A stretch of DNA of 63,316 nucleotides, counting the filler, from Nemertoderma westbladi (lineage: Eukaryota; Animalia; Xenacoelomorpha), in the NCBI GenBank assembly GCA_032718475.1. It is 4 parts of 4 records of this genome, joined end to end, with 100 filler letters (N's around TTAATTAATTAA, not from the genome) between each part and the next. Parts side by side here need not be neighbours in the genome. Positions count along the whole stretch, not along the records: positions 18,831 to 48,034 come from JAUCBJ010000956.1; positions 48,135 to 56,133 come from JAUCBJ010003338.1; 2 more parts are not named here. The stretch is one strand, 5' to 3'. A program made the translations under genes and the position numbers. Shown here one piece after another: positions 37,212 through 49,317 of the stretch (positions within the stretch are counted from its first letter, which is position 1; each line of letters starts with the position of its first letter). The notes under the pieces are model-generated. The model saw only the letters and a program-made list of their open reading frames with translations, ran no database searches and was not told the origin of the DNA.

Positions 37212-40200
37212 TGTCTGACTAAGACTACATAAGACTTAGCAGTGGAGCACGGGCCGTCACGAGTGGTTTTTCTCAATTTGCTTATAAAATGACGTTTTTT
37301 AGATTGATTTTACATTACTTTACATTGATTTTTTTTACATTATTTTACATTGAATTTATAGTATTTACATTGATTTTATATTATTTTACTTTGAATTATT
37401 AATTATGATAATATTATGATTGGTATAGTCCAACGTAGCATATAGGATTACCCCTAAAGATTTGCAGCTTATTTCCATGGGGGTCCTTTATGTTACTTGG
37501 TTACAAACAGTATTACACAATTACAATTACTACTCTAACCTAAAATCTAATATAAAACGTTATTACAATACATACATGCATGTCACTGTAACATGCTCCT
37601 TTCCCTTAAAGACACCAGGATATTGCACCAAAGGACCTAATGACGCGAAACCATAGGTTTTTGGTTAACGTAGGTTCTTAGGTATGAGTCTAAATGCTAA
37701 AAAACTAACTTTTGGCCAAAGTTATAGATTTTAGAAAAAAATTATATTGAATTCCCTGTCGTTCAATGCCGAAGTACCATCCCGTCCCCATAATAGGCCA
37801 TAACGGGCCAGGCCATTCTCCACTCCACCCACCTTAATTCCCCCAAGGTTCTGATTCATCTCATTAGCAAACTTAGCTGTAGAAATTAATAAAAAATCCA
37901 TTTGGTTCACAAAAAATTATAAAGTTTCATGGGTCATTTAGTGTATTTCATTAATTATAGAAAATTCCGGTTCCGGCCGGAATTCCGGCCGGAATATTCC
38001 GGCATGTTGAATTCCGGTTCCGGCCGGAATCAAAATATCGATTCCGGGACATCCCTAATATTTATATACAGTTTAGGACTATATTATAACCATTTGTTTC
38101 TATAGGCCTAATTACTTTCTTGTATATATTTATAATTATTTATTACATGGGAAAAAAAGTAGAACCAAAGAAGAAGAAAAAAGTAACTAAGTAAAAGAAG
38201 AAAGTAAAGTACTCCCTTTCCCACGATTTTTGGGTATATTCGAGCGAAAAAGTAATTATTTAAGAATAAAATTATTTATATATTTGATTAAAATGAGTGG
38301 GAATTTGTGCGGTTCCAGTATATTGTTTCATTTTATTTCATTACATACATTCTTATACATACAATATAATAAAATTACTTTTAGGCCAAGCAAGAATTTA
38401 AACTGTTTACAAACAATAACCTGGACTGGGCATTGGTTGATTTCCACTTAGTGAATATACTGAAGATATTCAAAGAAACTTCACCCTAGAGCAGGCGGGA
38501 ATCTGTGGCTCATATCGTTTCCCAGTGCGAGAAATGAGAGGATAACTGTTCGCAGAGAGTTAAGGTTTTGATGGGTCTGTCGGTGTTCTTTAGTGAACCA
38601 GCCTGTATCATTAAGAATGTGGTAAGTTAGCCTTTGTTTTTACGATTGGATTTCAGTATATATTTATATTACTTGTATTATATTTATTTAAAATACCGCT
38701 ATTATATATTTCATTTCTATAATACACCGTTATGATTTACATCACAAATTATTAATTATTATTTTAATGAACGGTTCATGGCCTGTCCAGCCTTTAATGA
38801 AATATTAAATTCATTACTTTATTACTTAAAATTAAATTCGTACCATTTTATAATTTTTTGTTGCAATATGAAAATGTTTGTGATCAATATTTCGTAACTT
38901 TGGTTAACCATGATGATGATAATACATTAAATATACTGTAAACTCATTATATATTTTAGGAGGATGTGAGTAATCCCCATGGGATTGAGGAGTTGGAGAA
39001 TATTTCTGCGGTTGAATTGAATACCGGAACAGGGGATTTGCCGTGCTTCATTACAGTAATGGTTCAACTGGATGAGGGAAAGGTGGAGGCTGCGATTGTT
39101 ACTATGGAGGGGAGTATTGTCGGCAAGGTGATTCCCACTCTTGACGAAGCGTTCCTTTATCTACTGGCACTAATATTCGCCATGAACTTCGAGTTCCTGG
39201 ATGACGTCTCCGATTTCATTGCTAGTCTCATCAATGATGTTCGGCCAAAGAGTGTAAAAGCTTCCAGACTCCATAATAAGCTTTACTCTTTTTAAACTTG
39301 GACTGAACAGCATTCTCAAATTAGATTGTTCCTAATTTTAATTTTTAATTGTTTCATATTACGTGAGCTATCCCAAATGTTAGAAAGAAGTGACTGCCCC
39401 CCCCCCCCCCCCCCCCTCCATTATGTTCGTTTGTTTTTATATTCTTGATATTTTCGTGTTAGGTTTCGTATTAATTGCACTACTCGAGTTTGCAGTTTTG
39501 TTATATAATTTTGTGAAACCGGTAAAATAAAATAAAAAATAGGTGGTGTTTTAAAAATGAAACAATGACACAACAAATCATACCGCTCTGTATCACGAAT
39601 AGTTGCGGCTCTGTCCACATTTGCTGAGACGTGGGGGGGGGGGGGCATTTCCATCAATAGAGTCAATAGAACAGACGGGGCTGTTGTGTCGATTTTCCCC
39701 TGGAGAGGGATGAATTTTGATTGGGTCAAGACCCCCACCCTATCTGCAGTTGGAAGTAACTACATAGTCTATATTAAGGCCAAGGATTGAATGTGGTGTG
39801 TGTCCCAACAAGCATGGTATGTATCAGCCCACAAGCATGGAAGAATGGGTTGAAGCTGGGTGGCTCGACCTACAAGCATCATTGGAAGGAACAATGTGAT
39901 TGCCATTTTCACCACAAATTATATAAGAGCTGAAATGTGTGGTATTGTTAAACTAACTATGAAAATTTTGTTGTTTTCACCGCAACAAAATTGGGGTAAT
40001 AACGCAAATGTTTTATGTTGTTAATTTCACCATAAAAATGTTGTGGGATATATGCCAAACAAATTGGCATGTCACAGTATTAAACAAATTGATTACTTCT
40101 TTCACCACAACTTGTTCATGGTGAAATAGTAGCCGTATTTATGGTCAGAGTAGTAAAACTTATAGTGCAGACTGTGGCTCAACTTCTTTATGGTGAAATA

Positions 40201-41619
40201 TATCAAACCTGTTTACAGTGTAGTCTGCCAGCGTTTGGTTTGTATTTTGTTTGAGTATTCTGTACGGGTAGCGTAATATTTATTATTCAGAGTTTATGCG
40301 ATTATTCGCAACATTCATGTCCCCAAGTTTATTCCTACAGTAATTGTGTTTGTTACACATACCGTTATAGTTAAATTAACCCCGGTACTACACGGGCTGC
40401 TTGGCGTAGGAAAAGACTGGTGACTTTGTGCTTCGGTCACTCCAGCAGATGCCGTGGTTCTTTTAACTGTTCAAGTATATTTAACTACTGATTATTTGTT
40501 GTACCAGTACTTGTACCTAATTTAGGGTTTAGTGTACAGTGCTTTCCGAAGTAATTAGTGTGTAGGCAGTATATTTGTGTTGTAAAGTGGTTAATAGGCA
40601 CGCTGGATCTGGTAGTCCGCGGTAATTAACTTCTAGGTAGGAACACTCCGTGATACATAACGTAGTACCTATAGCGATACGGTTATAGGTCGTCAGGCGG
40701 TGGTATTTTCCTATCTGGACAGTGCAATATATTTACTACTACTTATTATTTTCAAATACCGTAGTACCCTGTCCGTTGTAATAACCAGAAGTTCTAACCC
40801 TTTGTTAGACTGGTTTGTAGTTTCCCTGTAAAATTACCCTAAAATTTCGTACGTAATATTTTTGTTGTGTTTAGTTAGAGAATTAATCTCACCCGTATCG
40901 TAAGTAATTTGTAGTATTAAGTAACTTAGTAAATTAGAATAATCTGTTTTAGTGTCCCATAAGTAGCACTCCACTGAGAGCGCACAGCTTTTGTGTAGTG
41001 ATTACTTCCCAGAAATAATAACATCTATTTCAATATTGTAACAAAAACCCCTTTTTAACGGGTATATATCTATTATAAATCAACTCAAACGATTTAAAAA
41101 TAGTAGGCCTGTTATACAATCCTTAGGTCTTAATATCAGTTGGACTACTGCTTGAATAACGGTAATAGAGTAAGTAAAGTAACCAGGTAACCCCTAACAT
41201 TCAGAAATTCAATTATTCTAAAATAATTGACATACCGGTATTTATCATAGGCTTATTATATTTATTTCTATAAATTTGTGCTGAAATCATACCGGTATTC
41301 TGTAATTAATTCTAGTCTGTAATAATTATACTTATATATACTATAAGTGTAAGCTGTATACCGGTATTAACGATAGGCCTATTATATATTTATATATATT
41401 TGTGCTAAAATTATATACCGGTACTCTGTGACAAATCTAGTCTGTAATAATACTTATATATATACTATAAGCATACCGGTATTCTAATATATTATATATA
41501 TATCACGCTACACTGAGTAGCAGTATCGGTAATTAATTGTTAGGCTAACGGTGATACTGAATTACTAGACTTACTTTGACTGTATTTATAGCCGTAGGCA
41601 TTCAACTGTGTAAACAAAC

Positions 41620-44600
41620 ATGTCAGACGCAACCCAATCACTGTCAGATAGTCTCTTAGAAAGTGTTAGAATGAGTATTAGACTTAGACAGCGTATTAAA
41701 AGGATCTGTGACCAAGATAAAAGTATAGAACATCCCAGATCCAAGTCTAAGTCACCTACTATTGTAAAAAGGGCCATCCCTACAGTAGTAGTGTCAGACC
41801 CTAGGCTAGTAGAACAATGTAGGTCTATCATCGGTACTCGGGCCCAAGTTAAGCGGGATCAAGAAGCAGCTGTCAAACAGCAGCAACATCCTAGCCTAGA
41901 ACCTAGTTCTCAGCGGCCTGATAGCTCCAGTAGTTCGGATACTGCTGAGCGGACGCCCGAACGCGGAGCGAAGATGGTGGATACGGTTTATGATGAACGG
42001 CCAACCTATGAAGAATCAACCGACGCCACTTCTTCTCAAGTGGAAAGCGAAGTGGAAAGCGAATTAACAGCAGAGAAGCCGCGAACTAGAGACGCCATTG
42101 ACATCTATCTGTCAGACTATCAGTGATTCCTAGGAGACGAAGAGTTGAGGAGACGACTGTCTGGACTTCGCCCTAATAGTGAAGGAACCAAGCTTGTGTT
42201 AGACTCAATCGATGCTGAAATGTTAGCGGCTAACCAAGCTGAGTTTGATGAAAAACTTCGCCTCACTAGAGTCCAAGAAGAACAAGTAAAGAAAAGACGG
42301 ATTGAGGAACGAAAGGCGGCAGCAGTAGCAGCGGTAATGGCAGAAGCAGAAGTGGACCGAAAGGCAGCAAAGGCAGTGGCAGAAGCAGAACGGAGAGCGT
42401 CTGAGGGGACTACCCAACTGGAGTTGGAAAATCTGCAAGAGACGCAAGACAACATAAATAAACAGTTAACTGCTAGTCACATGCAGATGATGAGAAAATC
42501 TACTCCCAAACGCCAAGGATACACATCATCGGAAGAAAGTGAAACCACCGATCCTGAAGGCGGAGGAAATAGATCTCGTCTAAGCAGGCGTAGGAAAACA
42601 TCTCACCGTCACAAATTGCCTGATTTGCCCCCAGCTGTTAGAAGACAACTAGCTAGCACAGACTTAAGTAGTATAGAACCTACAGACCAAATTATTAAGG
42701 TCAAAAGACTCCCCACTATAGTTGATGAGCCTGAAATAATTAGGCCTGTCATTCCCGAAGTCACTCCTGTGCTAGAAACTCCTGTACTTCCAGAGCTTAA
42801 CTCTAAATTCCCTTTACATAGTACTACACTGCCTGTACCCGGTAGAACAGTCCATGAGAATATTCCTGTCCTGGAAGCTGAGAGAGAAATTAAAGATTTG
42901 TCTCCCGTCGTCCCACGTCAGCCCGCTACAATGTTGGCGACTCCCGCTTCGGCGGTTGAGTGGGTAGAGGAGGGACGGCGGGGGATGAATCTCCTGCTCG
43001 GACAGATGCAGGAGACTGTCTACCAACTTAAGGGAACAGTAAGGGAAGGTATGGCCGAATTGCAAGAAGTGCAGCAAAGTATCGCGCTAGAACGCGACAA
43101 ATTAGTCAACATCCAAAAAGGTATACCCATACCCCCTGTAAAATTGTGTCAACCTGTTAGGTCTGAAGTATTACATGCGCAAGGTGTGGAGCCTACACGC
43201 ATCTATACTGCTAGTGAAGTAGAAACTCCTATAGCAAACCCTATTAAGGGTGATTATAGACCTGTTGTTAATGATATTCCCTATAGACCTGATAATGATC
43301 CGAGAAATTTATATACCGATAATTCGATATTAAATAACACGATGGCCCAAGAAAGCTTTACGCGTCAGATGGCTAGAACAGAAGCCCGCCAAGCGGTTAA
43401 AGTGGGAGAGATCGTCAAATTCAATGGAGATGAAATGAAATGGTTACCTTTCAACGAATATTACAAAGACAGCATACAGAACTCTGTGCTATCTAACGGA
43501 GAGAAACTTAGGTTCCTCATCAAGTGCTTGGAAGGACCTCCCAAGTTAATGGCGTTAAAGTTTATTGGACATCCAGAAGGATTAAGACAAGTTTGGGATA
43601 CATTAAACATCAGGTATGGTAACAAGGATAACATAGCTAAGTATTTGTATGCAAAATTAGTAGCCCCCCGAAACTTCCTTAGTAGCGGTATTATAGAGTT
43701 TTCCGATGAGATTCAGGAAATCTGTAGACAATTGGACTGGTTAGGTAAGTCTCATGAATATCAGAGTTCCATGGTTATTGGAGCAGTAGTCTCTACTTTA
43801 CCAAAGGGTGGAGTATGTACACGCTGGGACAAGAAAGTGTTGTATATGAATGAGCAGCAACGACGAAGCCCTACCATGGCTGATCTCATGTCCTTCTTAG
43901 ATAGTGAAGTAAAATTACAACTCATAAAGCAGTCCAGAGAGAAAATATCAGAAAATAAGGTAAGTGAGAAACCCGTTTCTAGGAGAAGGATAATACCAGT
44001 GTGTTATATTGACGACGGCGAAAGCCAAGCTTCTCAAGAAGAGGACAGCGGGAAAGACACAGCAAAATCTTACTATGACAACAAGACCTATAAAGACGTA
44101 AGTAAATACAAGTCTCGAATCAGTGACAGGAGAGAACAGGTAACAACAACTCCTCCTACGTCTCCTAAGAGAATTCATGGAAGAAAGCCCGAAGAAAGAA
44201 CGAGAGTGCATAACGTTACCCAAGGTAAGGTGAGTAACATCAAACCAAAATGTGCGCTGTGCGACGGGCTCCACCGTTTGAGTGCGTGTGCTGAATTTCT
44301 AAAGAAATCCCCTGTAGACAGACGTACAGTCCTGTGGAGTAAGCGGTTATGCTATAATTGCCTCAGATCAGGACACCAACGGCGAACCGGTTACTCCGAC
44401 GTAAAGTGTGCAAAGTGTGGCGCGAAACATCACATCTTGTTACACAGTGAGTTCGAACGAGACAACCCGAGTCAGGTAAGTGAGCCCGAACTACATGTCC
44501 AATTCAGTGATGTAAATGACACTGATCAAGAGTCTGAGATGGAAGGATTCTATACTGACGAATTCTCCGACGCCAACGAATCCTGTTACCTAATAAATAC

Positions 44601-45684
44601 CTCAGTGTATCGAGCACTTACTTATGAAAAGGACACCGACAATGAGTTCCCCCCAACTACTTTTGCCAGACAACCATCTTGGAAAGCTCCAACTTCCAAC
44701 GTAGGAATCAGAGAATTTCCTGTAGTGCAGGTAAGAGTTCATGGTCCCAACAAAAGTTACATAGTGAACGCCCTCCTTGACTCTGGCAGCACAGGAACAT
44801 TCATCGATCAAGAACTAGCCGAAGATATCTTTGCTGGACAACCCAAATTCCGGACTAAATTGAATATGTCAGGAATTATGCAGGTTTGGAAATCTACCCT
44901 AATGGCAGACTACTATGTAGGTGTGTTGTCCACCCCCCAGGATAAATTAGGAGCACAAGGTATAAGGTCGGTAAAAATGGTGGCTATAAAGAACTTCGCT
45001 ACTACTCAGCCAGACCTTTATAATTGGGACGAGGATGAGAGCATCCAACATCTTAAGATACCTCGATTCCAGACAGATTATCCTGGAGTGCATATACTCA
45101 TCGGCCAAAACGCGCATGAGGCGCTCGAGACATTGGAGAAACGGCCTGCTCAACCGCAGCCACTACAAACCTATGCGGTAAGAACTAGAGTAGGTTGGTA
45201 CTTCACTGGCCCTTCCCGTAGAACTCTCAAAGAGAGATTACCTCAACAACAGGTATACCAAGTAAAGGAATGGGAAGTGGAGAGCAGTGATGTGGACGAT
45301 CCAACTGAGGGAACACCATACTCCTCAGATAATGACGATATTAACTCCAATGTAGATCAATGGAGACATTGCCTTGGGATGATTAGTTCAGCCGACAGCG
45401 CTTCCAGAGGAGCAACTCCTCAAGAACTGATAGATACTCCAGGCTGGTTAGGTGGATCCGACTCCTTAAGTAAAGAAGAAGAAGAATGGCCTCCTCATCT
45501 TACCACGGCGGAGCGTAGACAGGCCAAGGGAGCGGAGAAAGTAACACAACAACTCAATCGCCCAGCTAGTCGTTTATGTTTACTGGAAAGAGACCGAAAA
45601 CTGTCCGGAAACTATGGAAGGCAAGATACTCTTCCTACGACCACTTCCCTAATCCGACAAATATCTAGGGACTCCATAACGTAA
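41620..45684 (+). mobile_element. BEL/Pao LTR retrotransposon gag-protease ORF with internally deleted pol; one in-frame TGA at 42124
   Basis: DUF1759-like FNGDEMKWLPF..EKLRFLIKCLEG..L..RYG; Zn knuckles CALCDGLHRLSAC, CYNCLRSGH, CAKCGAKHHILLH; protease LLDSGST; then remnants WRHC..SADSASRG..W..G..EEWP and RPASRLCLLE. No RT, RNase H or integrase core. ORFs 41620 and 42145 share a frame. Confidence 0.88.
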
Positions 45685-45702
45685 TAACATATGGAGTGGG
45701 CG

Positions 45703-46010
45703 TGTGACTAGATCATTTTATATTTGTTTTTATTTTATATTTATGTATGTATTATTATGTAATTTTATTATAATCGTTTCCTTTAATTTTATTTAGTAGA
45801 ATGTTATTTTAGTGATTATTTAGTAGATTAGTGCAATATATTAGTGTTTATTACGTACATAATTACTTATAATATAAATTTAGTGCGACGGCGAGAACCA
45901 AATTATTTTTCTCTTTCCTTACTGTCCGTATCATATTATAAATACGTGACTACAGTAAGATGAAATGTCCGTACTTATTAAAGTACAATAAAGCCACTAC
46001 TATATTCAAG
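45703..46010 (+). repeat. Putative LTR
   Basis: Starts with TG immediately after the purine-rich GGAGTGGGCG; TATAAAT at about 45937 and AATAAA at about 45987. No partner LTR found. Confidence 0.4.
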
Positions 46011-47316
46011 TATTATTGGTAGGCAGAGTATTAGGAATGCAAAGTTCAGATCCTCGTGTCTCGGCTAAACCAAGCTCTGGGTAGACCTTGGAAACGACTT
46101 GCCTCTTCATACTGACATTGCTTCGTGCGATATTGCTCTTCTTCTACCTTATATTAAATAATACATATAGTAGCGTGATGTCCCTCTAACAGTAGCGTAA
46201 AATGCAAATAAATCTGTTAAACCTTTTGACCATCTGTAATTCTAGTCGATTAAGATATCGCGGCACCCACCGATATACTTGAAAGACAAATTCTAGAATC
46301 AATGGTTAACGTCCCCAGACAAGTTCTGGAATAAATCGGTGCCCATCTTAAATATTAATTTAATACTTGTTAAAATCTGTAAAATTCAGATCCGTTAACA
46401 ATTCTAGTCGATTAAGATATCGTAGCACTTCCCGATACTCTTAAAAGACAAATTTCATAGAATTAAGGATCCTATGTCCCCAGACCTGCTCTGGAATCAA
46501 ATTGTGTCAATTTTAACATCAAATAATAAAATTCACGGGAATAAATTTAAATTCATATTTTAAATGAATTTCATAAATTGTCATTTTGTACAATTTATAA
46601 CATTCCCAAAATTCCATTAATTAATAGATCATGGGAGCGGAGATTCATCCTATTGAGTGTATTAGAGTGCGAGAATCTCCAACATATAGTCAATAGCCGA
46701 TAAAATTAATAAAACCATGCATAAAGAGGATATTGACAATTAAAGAATTATTATTAAATAGCATCCCAGATCTGTATGCATGAGAATTACCCTAATTCTA
46801 CCGCTAGCATTCCATAATGTCACCATAGCAACACCCACGCTAGAATTAGAAGCAAGTTAAAAGAACAATAGAAAGCTTGTCCCATTGCATAGCATAGAGA
46901 ATATAGCACACTGTTAGTATCCAAGGATACACAGTAATAACGTGACATTCTGGAAGGCACTGACTAACGGACAAATGGCCTGTATGTGTACAATTGGTGA
47001 CAGTTGTGTGGAATTTGTGCGTTTGTAGGTGAATGTTACTGCTAAGGTGTGTTTACAGTAGCTAGTCGCAATTGTGAAAGTAACCCAACTCTCCTATAGA
47101 AAGAACCTAAAGTGGATTCAAGCCTTTGGGACGGACAGTGGAGTGACTTGTGCCGGTTATCGTTGTCGTACTGTTGCTACATGTTGGTGTAAACACCGCG
47201 ACAACGGTACATCGGCGCTGAGGATCCCACTGTCCGGGGGCAAAGAGAGGTAGGCAGCGACGTCCGCTCGCCTAAACATAAACTCATTTCGATATTAACA
47301 AACTCAGATAGCAGAT

Positions 47317-48034
47317 ATGACGGAGTTGATAGAAGATGATCTTGGTATCAGGGAGCGATATACTCTACCTTTACAAGCATTTGTGGATAGCTTGATACGC
47401 GGTGAAACCGATCCAACCATTACGGAGGACGATGGTCGTTATATCGAACCGCCGACGTCCCAAGAGCAACTTACGCGTGAATTGGACTATCGAAAATTCA
47501 CCGCTCGCTATACGCATCGTAATAATATGTATATGGACCTCCTAACTACCGGCCATCCTATCGATTTACATGATACGGACGATGTAGACACCGAAAGGGA
47601 AATGGTTCTATTTAAATATCATACCCAGCGGCGTCGTAACGATAAACCGAGAATAGATCACGAAAATTCTATTCGTAACAGACTGGGAAGACGAACCAAT
47701 ATGCCTAGAATCTGAGGAGATTCAGCCTATCACGCTCGGAACAGCGACAACAATTACATCCTAGAAGGGTATCAAGGTCCACAGTGTCTCACTGCGTACG
47801 ATTATCGCCATGCCAACTATGTTTCTCGGCAACGTTGTCGGTTATGCGCATCGAGAGACCATGTTACGCCCATGGACACAAACGTCCGCTGTTCCTATTT
47901 CCACGAACAACCGGCGAAGGAAATTTATTGCACATATTGCAGATTTAATAATTTGCACGTTTTTGCGGTTTGCCCTCAATTTATGACTCAATGTCACCAT
48001 TGTCAACTAAAGGGACATGCTAGTTTCGACTGCC
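47317..48034 (+). pseudogene. Triple Zn-knuckle (gag-like) ORF with one in-frame TGA at 47713, truncated by the gap
   Basis: ORFs 47317 and 47872 share a frame; motifs CRLCASRDH..C, CTYCRFNNLHVFAVC, CHHCQLKGHASFDC. Confidence 0.6.
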
Positions 48035-48134
48035 NNNNNNNNNNNNNNNNNNNNNNNNNNNNNNNNNNNNNNNNNNNNTTAATTAATTAANNNNNNNNNN
48101 NNNNNNNNNNNNNNNNNNNNNNNNNNNNNNNNNN
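48035..48134. other. Assembly spacer
   Basis: N-run with TTAATTAATTAA. Confidence 0.97.
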
Positions 48135-48607
48135 AAGCAGTAAGTTATTTCTTTATTAACACAAGTATGTAGCTGCAATGCCGCAGGACGATAGTAGGAG
48201 TAGTAGTCTCAGTGCCCGCGAGTCATCTTGTGCCCGAGAACCTTGTGACTGGAAGTGAGATGTTAGTGTCTTCATTGTTTTTGGAAGATATCTAAGCAGT
48301 AAGTTATTTCTTTATTAACACAAGTATTATAATTATATTATTATACTTATTATAATTATAATAAGTATTATATACTCTGAAATTCAATAATAAACATTAA
48401 TCCAAACTTAACGGAACAATTTAATAATAACGATAAAAACGCTAACATAGTGGAATACAAAAAGGCCACTGTTTAAAATCTAAATAAATTATAAAATATA
48501 TACATTTATAAATTTTTTTTTTTGAGTTTCATAAGGTGCCTGGGATGATTCAATCTCACAATCCACCATGCGATGTCATCACAATCTAATCTATTTGTTT
48601 CTCCTAG

Positions 48608-49317
48608 GTAACATGGTACTCCAGTCTACCTGCCAGGTCTGCAACGGCCTTGGTTACACCGTAACCAAAGTGTGCCCCAGTTGCCGAGGCAAAGGACAGG
48701 TAGAACGAACCAAATCGGTGGACATCCAAGTTCCGGGCGGCGTGGAAACCGGGCAGACAGCCAGAATCCGGGTGGCGCGGGATCAGGAGATGCTGGTAGA
48801 GTTCTCTGTGGCGGATAGCGAACTGTACACGCGGAAAGGTTCTGATATTTACTGCACGCGGGAGGTGTCCGTGAGTCAAGCCTGTCTGGGCGGGAACTTG
48901 TCTGTAGACTCGGTGTACGGGGACCCGCTAGTGTTGAGTATCCCCGCCGGCACGGCGAGCCATAGCGAGTTTAAGTTCCCCGGTAAAGGAATCCGTCGTA
49001 TCGCGGGTTCGACTTACGGTTACGGGGATTTTATCGTCGTCGTAAAGATCGTATCGCCGCGTCGCTTATCGGATCGACAGCGCTGGTTGATGGAGGAGTT
49101 CTCTCGAGACGACAGTAGCATACAGGGGACCGTGGACGGGGTAGACAGAAGTTACCCCGATTATACGAAGCAGACCGACCCAGACTCTATGGAGTTGAGT
49201 AATCCGAATTTATTAGACTTCTTAAAAAAGTTCAACATTGGAGTCCGTTACATCGAGATGTTACAGCGGTTTATGCAGCCGTATAAAGATTGGTGGCATA
49301 AGTTTAAGAATTCCTAG
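48608..49317 (+). CDS. DNAJA3: DnaJ homolog subfamily A member 3 (Tid1, mitochondrial), last coding exon; upstream exons not in this contig
   Basis: Acceptor ttgtttctcctag (phase 1). Zn repeats STCQVCNGLG and CPSCRGKG; VPGGVETGQT, R.G.DI, SQACLGG, IPAGT, GKGI; YGYGD and GTVDGV, which are characteristic of Tid1/DNAJA3. Confidence 0.88.

Larger units (their letters stand above)
35113..37255. mobile_element. TIR element, PIF/Harbinger-like
   Basis: 16-bp perfect TIR GGCCCGTGCTCCACTG; TTA on the left only, so the TSD is not confirmed. Confidence 0.7.
34463..38057. mobile_element. hAT-type non-autonomous element hosting nested insertions
   Basis: TIR TAGGGATGTCCCGGAAT; 8-bp TSD ATATTTAT; subterminal TTCCGGCCGGAA repeats. 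Confidence 0.92.
33792..39295 (+). pseudogene. Degenerate spliced EnSpm-associated ORF2 (SAMD3-like C-terminal domain); exons about 33792-34043, 38385-38621 and 38960-39295
   Basis: Motifs TLSMRRQYV..SVVEILRKWSSL; KQEFKLF..VLMGLSVFFSE (two in-frame stops); IVTMEG..AFLYLLALIFAMNFEF..LHNKL. GT-AG intron 38622-38959 in phase 0. Confidence 0.6.
31776..40220. mobile_element. 8.4-kb CACTG-ended DNA transposon (EnSpm/CACTA, CMC-like), non-autonomous
   Basis: TA|CACTGTAAACAGGTTT ... AAACCTGTTTACAGTG|TA. Subterminal TTTCACC/GGTGAA repeats at both ends. The empty site is shown by the adjacent 289-bp repeat. Confidence 0.88.

Noticed and set aside
17226-39749. Giant element bounded by the inverted ATCCCTCTCCAGGGGAAA match and enclosing the YR gene
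   Set aside because: The two matches are on different contigs, and the right one lies inside the CACTG element; they are dispersed copies of a repeat.
42124-42126. In-frame TGA as programmed readthrough or selenocysteine (also 47713)
   Set aside because: The paralog has CGA at the aligned codon, consistent with a CpG-type nonsense mutation; no SECIS or readthrough signal was recognised.
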